The notes beneath the pieces were generated by a model, which saw only the letters and a program-made list of their open reading frames with translations, was not told where the DNA came from and ran no database searches. Source: Sulfobacillus sp. (lineage in GTDB: Bacteria; Bacillota; Sulfobacillia; Sulfobacillales; Sulfobacillaceae). Taken from it: a stretch of DNA of 64,000 nt. Position 1 is the first letter of the stretch. Every line of letters starts with the position of its first letter. The translations under genes were made by a program, and so were the position numbers. Location: NCBI GenBank assembly GCA_027309085.1, contig DAIDDL010000002.1:47063-111062 (forward strand), in the 5' to 3' direction. Of this stretch, positions 56,808-64,000 are shown piece after piece.

Positions 56808-57985
56808 TGCTGCCCCTCAAGAACATCACTGTCGTTTCGTTGGAACAGGCCGTCGCGGCCCCGTTCACCACGCGGCAACTCGCAGATTGGGGAGCTCGGG
56901 TGATTAAAATTGAACGCCCCACCACGGGCGACTTCGCCCGCTATTACGATGATTCTGTGCATGGACTTTCAAGCCATTTTGTCTGGCTGAATCGTGGCAA
57001 AGAAAGCTTGACCTTGGACCTCACCCAACACCAAGGCCAGGAGATTCTGCATCAGCTCCTGAAGCAGGCTGACGTCTTTGTTCAGAATTTAAAACCCGGT
57101 GCAGCCGATAAACTAGGCATCGGCAGTGCCGCGTTGCACGCTCAGTATCCGCGCCTCATTTGTTGCGATATTTCGGGATTCGGATCCGACGGCCCTCTTC
57201 GCGACCGAAAAGCCTATGATCTGCTGATTCAAGCTGAAAGTGGCTTATTATCGATTACCGGCACCGCCGACCAACCGGTTAAAGTGGGGGTGTCCATCGC
57301 TGATATTGCGGCCGGCATGTACGGCTTAACCGCAATTTTAACCGCCCTCTTATCCCGAACCCAGCACGGTCAGGGAACCATTGTGGAAGTCTCCATGCTC
57401 GAAGCCTTAGGTGAATGGATGGGATATCCCCTCTATTATAGCCATTACAGCGGTCACTCCCCCGCACGCACGGGATCGGCCCACGCCACCATTGCCCCGT
57501 ATGGGCCTTTTCCCGTAAAAGACGGCACCGTGGTGTATTTTGGCATCCAAAACGATCGGGAGTGGTCGCACTTTTGTGAGGCAGTTCTGGACCGTCCCGA
57601 ATGGGTGTCCGACCCCCGTTTTCGGGATAATTCAGCTCGTGTGACCCACCATGACGCGCTGGATGCTCAAATTCGTGACTGCTTCTCGTCCCTCACCCAG
57701 AACGAAGTCGTGCAACGTCTTGAACAGGCAGAGATTGCGTACGCCCAACTAAACACAATGGAGCAAATGTGGAACCACCCTCAACTCCGGTCACGCCATC
57801 GTTGGAGCATGGTGGACACCGAGAACGGCCCCATCGAGGCGTTGGTTCCGCCCTTCAGCGTCGGTGGCGTCATACCCTCCATGGGTGCGGTGCCCGCTCT
57901 GGGAGAACACACCGACACCGTGTTGAAGGAGTTGGGATATAGTGCCGAGGCAATCGCCCAATTGCGGCGTTTGACGGTCATTTAA
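56807..57985 (+). CDS. CaiB/BaiF family III CoA-transferase
   Basis: EQAVAAPF..RQLADWGARVIKIE, NRGKES, KAYDLLIQAESG, DIAAGMY, PALGEHTD. Confidence 0.95.
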   Translation: MLPLKNITVVSLEQAVAAPFTTRQLADWGARVIKIERPTTGDFARYYDDSVHGLSSHFVWLNRGKESLTLDLTQHQGQEILHQLLKQADVFVQNLKPGAADKLGIGSAALHAQYPRLICCDISGFGSDGPLRDRKAYDLLIQAESGLLSITGTADQPVKVGVSIADIAAGMYGLTAILTALLSRTQHGQGTIVEVSMLEALGEWMGYPLYYSHYSGHSPARTGSAHATIAPYGPFPVKDGTVVYFGIQNDREWSHFCEAVLDRPEWVSDPRFRDNSARVTHHDALDAQIRDCFSSLTQNEVVQRLEQAEIAYAQLNTMEQMWNHPQLRSRHRWSMVDTENGPIEALVPPFSVGGVIPSMGAVPALGEHTDTVLKELGYSAEAIAQLRRLTVI

Positions 57986-58060
57986 GCGGCCAGTCAGAAC
58001 AGGAACAGTACCCACATAGATAGTGATAAAGAGGTCTCATAGAAACTAGGAGGTTAATCC

Positions 58061-58597
58061 GTGATACACGAAGGCTGGCATGGGCGGTTTTATGAAGATT
58101 TTGAAGTCGGTGATGTATATCGACATCCCTTAGGCCGAACGATTATTGGGACGGATAATATCTGGTTCACGTTGTTAACCCAAAATACTGCACCGGTGCA
58201 TTTCGATCACTTTTATGCGCGCCAAACAAGTTTTGGCAAGCCCTTGGTCGATTCTACCTTCACTTTGGCTTTGGTCACAGGTCAAAGCGTCACCGATATC
58301 TCGCAAAACGTGTTCGCCAATCTGGGATGGGATGAGGTGCTCCTCCCCCAACCGGTTTTTGAAGGCGATACGATATACTCGCAATCTGAAGTGTTAAGTA
58401 AACGCGCGTCGGAATCCCGTCACAACGTAGGTATTGTCCAAGTCAAAACCACCGGATTCAACCAAGACGGCACCGTAGTCATTACCTTCAAACGCACGAT
58501 CATGGTCTATAAACGCGGGCAAGGTCCCGAAATACCGCGACCCCATCTTTCCGAAGCACCAGCTCACCGCACGGGAACGTCTGCAGGGGAGGAGTGA
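58061..58597 (+). CDS. MaoC-family (R)-specific enoyl-CoA hydratase
   Basis: GRFYEDFEVGD.YRHPLGRTI..TDN.WF..LT.N..P.HFD, PVFEGDT. Confidence 0.9.
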   Translation: MIHEGWHGRFYEDFEVGDVYRHPLGRTIIGTDNIWFTLLTQNTAPVHFDHFYARQTSFGKPLVDSTFTLALVTGQSVTDISQNVFANLGWDEVLLPQPVFEGDTIYSQSEVLSKRASESRHNVGIVQVKTTGFNQDGTVVITFKRTIMVYKRGQGPEIPRPHLSEAPAHRTGTSAGEE

Positions 58598-58606
58598 CCA
58601 GCATTC

Positions 58607-59416
58607 ATGGAGCACTATCGGTCCTGGTTATTTTCGCCTGGAGACGTCCCTGAACGCTGTCTCAAGGCGATACAGACTCACGCAGACCAAGTCATTTGGG
58701 ACCTCGAAGACGGTGTCGCTGCCGCCCGTAAAGACGCAGCGCGCGACATGCTTGCTCATTTGCTCGCCGAGTTGCCAGGGCCCCAGATCCCTTGGATTCG
58801 CATCAACGATTTGGCCGATTTGGCCGATTTCGGGCCACATCCGCGCTGGGTCGTTCCCAAGATGGACCAAAAACGTTTTGAACAGCTACGTCAGCGTACC
58901 TTAAGTCCGCGCCAACACCGGGAATGGCTTTTCGTCATCGAATCGGCCCGCGGATTATGGGATCTGGCACACAGCGCTACCCCATGGGACCTTGCGGGTG
59001 ATCCCGTCCGTCTGGCATTCGGTTCCTTGGATTATCTCAACGATCTCGGTGCCCACACGTCCCCCGAAGAAATCGAGCTCCTCGGACCCCGCACGCTCTT
59101 ACCGTGGATCTCCCGAGCATGGAATTGGCCAAGTCCCATTGATACGGTGTACCCGTACCTTGACAACGAGGCGGGGTTTATCCTATCCACCCAGCGGGGA
59201 CGGACCATGGGATTTGAAGGCCGAATGATTATTCATCCTCAGCAAATTGCTCCCGCTAACCAAATTTTCTCTCCTTCTGAGGCCGAACGCCAGTGGGCCG
59301 AACAGATTATAGCGCAGTCGGCGCTAATAGGTGCCGTACGAGTCCATGGCGAAATGGTCGACCGACCCGTGCTAGAACGAGCTCGGCGTATTCTCGAGAC
59401 CGTAAGGAAAATATAG
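58607..59416 (+). CDS. CitE/HpcH-family CoA-ester lyase
   Basis: RSWLFSPG, DLEDGVA, IESARG, FGSLDY, IHPQQI, GEMVDRP. Confidence 0.88.
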   Translation: MEHYRSWLFSPGDVPERCLKAIQTHADQVIWDLEDGVAAARKDAARDMLAHLLAELPGPQIPWIRINDLADLADFGPHPRWVVPKMDQKRFEQLRQRTLSPRQHREWLFVIESARGLWDLAHSATPWDLAGDPVRLAFGSLDYLNDLGAHTSPEEIELLGPRTLLPWISRAWNWPSPIDTVYPYLDNEAGFILSTQRGRTMGFEGRMIIHPQQIAPANQIFSPSEAERQWAEQIIAQSALIGAVRVHGEMVDRPVLERARRILETVRKI

Positions 59417-59435
59417 AAATCAAGGAGGAATTTTA

Positions 59436-60797
59436 ATGAATCCCGGAGAATCTACCGATCGACTCGTGGAATTTTGCAGCCAGTTAACTTATGACGATAT
59501 CCCCCTCCCGGTCATCGAACGGGCCAAGGATCTCATAATAGACTGGGTAGGGGCGGCGTTGGCCGGACGGCAGTCGCGCCCAGTGCACATTTTCAGACGT
59601 TTTGCAAACACGATGGGGCCAAAAACTGGCACTAGTCAACTGGTCGACGACTTCGGCGGTACTAGTCCGTATTTTGCAGCTATGGTCAATGCAGCGTCTT
59701 CTCACGTCGTAGAGCAAGACGATGTGCATAACGGAGCCGTGTTTCATCCTGGTACGGTCGTAATCCCACCAGCACTGGCCATGGCTCAACAACAACAGGT
59801 CACTGGGCGCGACTTGTTGCTCAGTATCGTCGTGGGGTATGAAGTGGGAGTCCGCGTAGGACGGTTTTTGGGGCAGAGCCACTACAAAACGTTTCATACC
59901 ACAGGGACCGCGGGGACATTGGCATCGGCGGCCGCTGGAGCTCGGATACTGCACCTTGAATCTGAAGGATTTCGCCAAGCATTGGGGTCGGCCGGCACTC
60001 AGGCGGCTGGTCTTTGGGAGTTTTTACGCGATGCGGCCGATTCTAAACAACTGCACGCGGCAAAAGCCGCAAGTGATGGACTCCTCGCCGCCTATGCGGC
60101 GGCATGGGGTCTTACCGCAGCCCGTCAAATTTTAGAGGGATCGCAAGGCATGGGACACGGTTTGTCGTCCGATCTTCATCCGGGCGCTCTCGATCAAGGA
60201 TTAGGTGAAGGGTGGGCCATTTTGGAAACCTCCCTAAAATGGCATGCCTCCTGCCGCCACACGCATCCAGCGGCAGACGCTCTAAGCCATGTGATGCAAA
60301 CCTATGGTCTCAAGCCTGACAACATTGGGACCGTGACCGCGCACGTGCACCGAGCCGCCATCGACGTGTTAGAACCCGCACGAGCGGCGGTCACGACGCA
60401 TCAAGCGAAATTTTCCATGCCCTTTGTCTTAAGTTTGATTGCCGTACGCTCTCACGCCAGTGTCGATGATTTTAATGACGAGAGCCTTCACGATCCTGTA
60501 ATCCGATCCCTAATGGATCGCGTCACGATGGTGGGGGACGCCGAAGTAGAGTCAGCCTATCCTGAGCGGTGGATAGGCAAAGTCACCGTGACAACCACTC
60601 AGGGTTCCGTGCTAAAGGGCCGCATTGACGCCCCCTTAGGAGACCCCGATAATTTTCTCTCACGAGATCAGATCCACGACAAGGCCATCCGAATCGCGCA
60701 ATTTGGAGGCGCTGCCCCCCAATTCGTTGAATCCGCGATTGAGAGAATTATACAGCTTGACCAACTAAACGTGGTTCCATGGTTGTGGCAACCATAA
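59436..60797 (+). CDS. MmgE/PrpD family protein
   Basis: NAASSHVVEQDDVH, HPG, FHTTGT, KQLHAAKAA, KWHASCRHTHP, AKFSMP, GDPDN. Confidence 0.93.
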   Translation: MNPGESTDRLVEFCSQLTYDDIPLPVIERAKDLIIDWVGAALAGRQSRPVHIFRRFANTMGPKTGTSQLVDDFGGTSPYFAAMVNAASSHVVEQDDVHNGAVFHPGTVVIPPALAMAQQQQVTGRDLLLSIVVGYEVGVRVGRFLGQSHYKTFHTTGTAGTLASAAAGARILHLESEGFRQALGSAGTQAAGLWEFLRDAADSKQLHAAKAASDGLLAAYAAAWGLTAARQILEGSQGMGHGLSSDLHPGALDQGLGEGWAILETSLKWHASCRHTHPAADALSHVMQTYGLKPDNIGTVTAHVHRAAIDVLEPARAAVTTHQAKFSMPFVLSLIAVRSHASVDDFNDESLHDPVIRSLMDRVTMVGDAEVESAYPERWIGKVTVTTTQGSVLKGRIDAPLGDPDNFLSRDQIHDKAIRIAQFGGAAPQFVESAIERIIQLDQLNVVPWLWQP

Positions 60798-61065
60798 GGG
60801 CTCGAATATACCGAGAACTAACGGTTAAAAGATAATAATGGAATAATATTCCTGCCAGAGGTTGACGGGAATGAGAACCAGGATCTAGGCCGGCCTCTTA
60901 ATCAAGCAACCATATCCTGATTGAAGCGATGCGCCACGATGTGGGTTGGCCTAGCGGAGTGGTTCATCCAATGCTCGACAGGCTTTTTGATGATGATCAT
61001 GAGAGCCGCACCACTCGTTTGGAAGACGGCATTCCCTAAACCATTTTGCCGGATATTTGGGGATG

Positions 61066-61350
61066 GTACGCCACGAGAGTTGGCATTTTCCAGTCAGTGA
61101 AATTTGGACCGCCTAAGGGCGAGCCGCCCAGATGGAATCACGTATTGGGCCGGCCCTGCGAGGCGGCGGGTGAAGTGTACACCGAGCGATTGCCAACCTG
61201 CAACCGCAAGGCAGAGCCTTCAGAACGTAAAGCAGCGGCCTTCCACCGCCCTTCCCGGTGAAAGCAACGAGTATCGGACCGTTAGGGCCGTGGGGACGCT
61301 GCCGGGGGTCGTAGACCGGGGCATGCCATGGGACGGAAGATGATCAGAAC
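61066..61350 (+). mobile_element. Degenerate group II intron 5' fragment (domain I); no RT ORF
   Basis: GTACGCC (GTGCG-like start), then domain-I-like motifs in the expected order: GTGAAGTGTACAC, GAGCCTT, GAAAGCAAC, CGTTAGGG, CCGGGGGTCGTAGACCGGGGCATG. No domain V/VI or RT follows. Confidence 0.55.
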
Positions 61351-61440
61351 CCAAAACTGGATTGATATGCCGGCAAACATCCCAGCCAAGGCCAGCATAT
61401 GGCACACAACGGACCGTGAGAACAGCAGTCTGTCAAAGAC

Positions 61441-61740
61441 CTCCTCTGAAAAAGACGGAAAAAAACCATATATGGGCCTAATCGGTAGCGATACTACTAG
61501 ATATTGATTCGGATATCTCCTGCATCGCGTCCCCCCCCTTTTTCATCCGCGTGTGCGCCCCACGAGGGGCATGGCGAGTCTCCTCTGCAAAATGGTCTCA
61601 AACACTACATATAGGATTAAGCTATCTGGATAACCCTAGATATTGACTGAACTAGCCCCGCGTATCGCGTCCGTCCCCTTTTTTCATCCGCGTGTGCGCC
61701 CCGCGAGGGGCATGGGAGGTCTCCTCTGACATATAAGCTA
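61441..61740. repeat. Degenerate tandem repeat, ~140-bp period (two full units plus one partial)
   Basis: CTCCTCTG at 61441, 61580 and 61721; CTAGATATTGA at 61497 and 61636; near-identical core CCCTTTTT(T)CATCCGCGTGTGCGCCCCRCGAGGGGCATGG in both full units. Confidence 0.9.
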
Positions 61741-61922
61741 ACTGACTCAGAGGCAGACGAGTCTGAAGGCTCATTATGGTTTTATCCCTTTGAATACCCC
61801 TCCACCACCCCACTAACCACGGCACCCTCTCTCACTTGGCCACGCGGCATTACCAGTGCCACCTTTTCAGCCCCAATACTTCCTCCGCGATTTCGCCAAA
61901 TCTTCGTTTCATAATCTTCTCA

Positions 61923-61950
61923 GCAGGAAAACCTCAGGCAAATGTCGAAC
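61923..61950 (+). promoter_or_regulatory. Possible sigma-H promoter with an overlapping Spo0A box upstream of gmd
   Basis: GCAGGAAAA-N12-GTCGAAC; exact TGTCGAA at 61943-61949. Confidence 0.45.
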
Positions 61951-62055
61951 GTTTAGCAAACATAGAAATCACAATGATGCGGCGCATTGGAGTTTCCGCG
62001 GCAGCGCACAGTGTTACAGCTCCGCATCGATGGCTGGAAGGGGTAGAACATCATT

Positions 62056-63063
62056 ATGCGAAAAACTGCTTTCATTACCGGAGTCACAGGACAGGACGGC
62101 TCCTATTTAGCCGAGTTATTGCTCGCCAAAGGATACCGTGTAGTGGGGATGATCCGCCGCACCAGCACCGTTCCCACCGAACGCATCTATCATCTCGGAG
62201 AAACTCTGGAGATTGTATCCGGAGACCTGCTGGACGAAAAATCTTTGAGACATATTCTTGAAACCTGCCAGCCCGATGAAGTCTACAACCTGGCAGCGCA
62301 GTCCTTTGTTCCGGAAAGCTGGACCCAGGCCGTCCTGACAGGCGAAATCACCGGTCTCGGGGTCACCCGCATGCTCAACGCCATCCATGACGTGAATCCC
62401 CATATCCGTTTCTACCAGGCGTCCACCAGTGAAATGTTCGGCAAGGCCCAGGAAGTTCCCCAAAATGAGCGGACCCCTCTGTATCCCCGCAGTCCCTATG
62501 GGGCGGCGAAAGTCTACGGACACTGGATGACGATCAATTTTCGCGAAAGCTACGGCATGTTCGCCGCCACGGGTATCCTCTTCAATCACGAATCACCCCG
62601 GAGGGGCATGGAATTCCTGACCCGCAAGGTCACCTATGCCGCTGCCCGCATCGCTGCCGGACTGCAGACAGAACTCCGGCTCGGCAACATGGATGCCCAA
62701 CGTGACTGGGGCTATGCCCCCGACTATGTCGAGGGCATGTGGCGGATTTTGCAGGCCGATGAGCCTAGCGATTATGTCCTCGCCACAGGCGAAACGCACA
62801 GTGTGCGGGAATGGGTAGAGAAGAGTTTTCGCGCTCTCGGCCTCGACTACAAAGACTATGTGGTCACTGACCCCCGTTTTGTCCGTCCGGCGGAAGTCGA
62901 TCTGCTAGTGGGGGATCCTTGCAAAGCGCATAACCTTTTGGACTGGAAACCCACCGTCACGTTTGACCAGCTGATCGCCATCATGGTGGAAGCGGATAAG
63001 GCGCTGGTCGCTGAGCAGGAGGCAACCCGCCAGGTAATCGCGAAACTGCGGAGCATTCATTAA
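62056..63063 (+). CDS. gmd: GDP-mannose 4,6-dehydratase
   Basis: ITGVTGQDGSYLAE, YNLAAQSFV, FYQASTSEMFG, PRSPYGAAK, NHESPRRG, RDWGYA. Confidence 0.97.
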   Translation: MRKTAFITGVTGQDGSYLAELLLAKGYRVVGMIRRTSTVPTERIYHLGETLEIVSGDLLDEKSLRHILETCQPDEVYNLAAQSFVPESWTQAVLTGEITGLGVTRMLNAIHDVNPHIRFYQASTSEMFGKAQEVPQNERTPLYPRSPYGAAKVYGHWMTINFRESYGMFAATGILFNHESPRRGMEFLTRKVTYAAARIAAGLQTELRLGNMDAQRDWGYAPDYVEGMWRILQADEPSDYVLATGETHSVREWVEKSFRALGLDYKDYVVTDPRFVRPAEVDLLVGDPCKAHNLLDWKPTVTFDQLIAIMVEADKALVAEQEATRQVIAKLRSIH

Positions 63064-63965
63064 TGCGGGTGCTGGCAACCGGAGCTGATGGTTTCGTCGG
63101 GCGCTACGTATGTGATGCCCTGCAGGCTGCAGGGCATGAGGTAGCCCTGGTTGGCGGGCCTTCGGCCCATGCGGGCTACCGATTGGATTTGACAGATAGC
63201 CCGGCCGTGGCGGAGTTGGTGACTCTGGCAGAGCCAGAGGTAATCCTGCACCTGGCGGCGCAAAGTTCAGTGGCGCAGTCATGGAGAGATCCGCAGCGGA
63301 CTTTGCAGGTCAACACCCTGGGCACCCTCGCCTTATGGCAGGCCGCCGTCCGCAGCGGTGCAAGCCGGCTGATCTATGTGAGCACCGCCGAAGTGTACCA
63401 GCCGCTCTCGGCCCCTGCCCTCTTAAATGAAACATCACCACGGGATCCCATTAATCCCTATGGTGTTTCGAAACTGGCCGCGGAAACGCTCCTGATGCAG
63501 CTTGCCCCGGCGGCGACCACTTCCCTTACGGTCCTCCGCCCCTTCAACCATGTCGGACCAGGTCAGCACGCAGGCTTTGTGCTGCAAGACGTCGCCCGTC
63601 AAATTGCCACAAGACACGAGGGCAACGGGACAGAGATTCGTGTCGGCAATCTCAGCCCCGTACGCGATTTTCTCGATATCCGAGATGTGGCCCGGGCCTA
63701 TGTTCTGGCAGTGAACCACACGGAACTTCAGGGGGTATATAATCTCTGCTCGGGAATTCCGCGGTCAATCGGCAGCGTCATTGAAGACATGCTTAAGCTA
63801 AGCCATCTGGATGCATCTATCTTGGCCATAGACCCCGGCAAATTTCGGCCAGCAGATACTCCCTACCTGGTTGGCAATCCCCAGGCCTTTGCTAATGCCA
63901 CAGACTGGCACCCAACCATCGGCTGGGACCAGACATTGAAAGATATTTTAGCGGAAGCCCCCTGA
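63063..63965 (+). CDS. rmd: GDP-4-keto-6-deoxy-D-mannose reductase (GDP-D-rhamnose forming), probable
   Basis: TGADGFVG, HLAAQSSV..SW..P, STAEVY, PINPYGVSK, RPFNHVGPGQ, GNLSPVRDFLD.RDV; coupled to gmd. Confidence 0.8.
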   Translation: MRVLATGADGFVGRYVCDALQAAGHEVALVGGPSAHAGYRLDLTDSPAVAELVTLAEPEVILHLAAQSSVAQSWRDPQRTLQVNTLGTLALWQAAVRSGASRLIYVSTAEVYQPLSAPALLNETSPRDPINPYGVSKLAAETLLMQLAPAATTSLTVLRPFNHVGPGQHAGFVLQDVARQIATRHEGNGTEIRVGNLSPVRDFLDIRDVARAYVLAVNHTELQGVYNLCSGIPRSIGSVIEDMLKLSHLDASILAIDPGKFRPADTPYLVGNPQAFANATDWHPTIGWDQTLKDILAEAP

Positions 63966-64000
63966 GAATCCTCCAATGCCAGAAACAGCACCGCTAAATT

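Noticed and set aside
61441-61740. CRISPR array interpretation of the tandem repeats
   Set aside because: Only 2-3 units, the conserved part is far longer than a CRISPR repeat, the spacers are mutually homologous, and there are no cas genes.
62000-62030. GCGGCAGCGC as an ops/JUMPstart-like element before gmd
   Set aside because: Only a partial match to the proteobacterial ops motif, in a Firmicute with no RfaH evidence in this window.
61836-62261. 141-aa ORF upstream of and overlapping gmd
   Set aside because: Overlaps gmd out of frame and spans its promoter region; no motifs.

Overview
This is a 64-kb chromosomal window from a spore-forming Firmicute; the gene content is Sulfobacillus-like, but the taxon is inferred, not verified. 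It has five blocks. (1) 1-24.5 kb is an amine/amino-alcohol catabolic region: a PotABCD-like ABC transporter, a glycine-riboswitch-controlled sdaAA-sdaAB pair, and a GlnA4-like gamma-glutamylation operon (APC permease, small Cys/His ORF, glutamine-synthetase-like ligase, SDR, class II glutamine amidotransferase). It faces a divergent block (HAD hydrolase, APC permease, two-component system, choline/ethanolamine kinase, GcvT-family oxidoreductase, aldehyde dehydrogenase), followed by a CotF-like gene and an acetamidase/formamidase. (2) 24.6-27.9 kb is a decayed accessory island with an IS66 remnant, an AbrB-Doc module whose doc is inactivated, an intact vapBC and an MFS fragment. (3) 27.9-48.4 kb is the GC-rich core mraZ...dcw...ftsAZ-spoIIGA-sigE-sigG-spoIIR-ylmC cluster, with no murD, murC or divIB. 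(4) 49.4-60.8 kb is a GntR-associated organic-acid catabolic region resembling itaconate/methylsuccinate (C5-dicarboxylate) degradation clusters. (5) 61-64 kb holds a group II intron remnant, a ~140-bp tandem repeat and gmd-rmd. The most striking non-coding observations are two protein-less guide-RNA-type modules. One is a precisely delimitable 264-bp IS200/IS605 mini-element carrying its own promoter and a TnpB omega-RNA scaffold, inserted in doc. The other is an orphan IS110 bridge-RNA-like region whose recombinase gene appears lost at the start codon. No CRISPR array, rRNA or tRNA was found. All family assignments come from motif recognition by eye; no searches were run.
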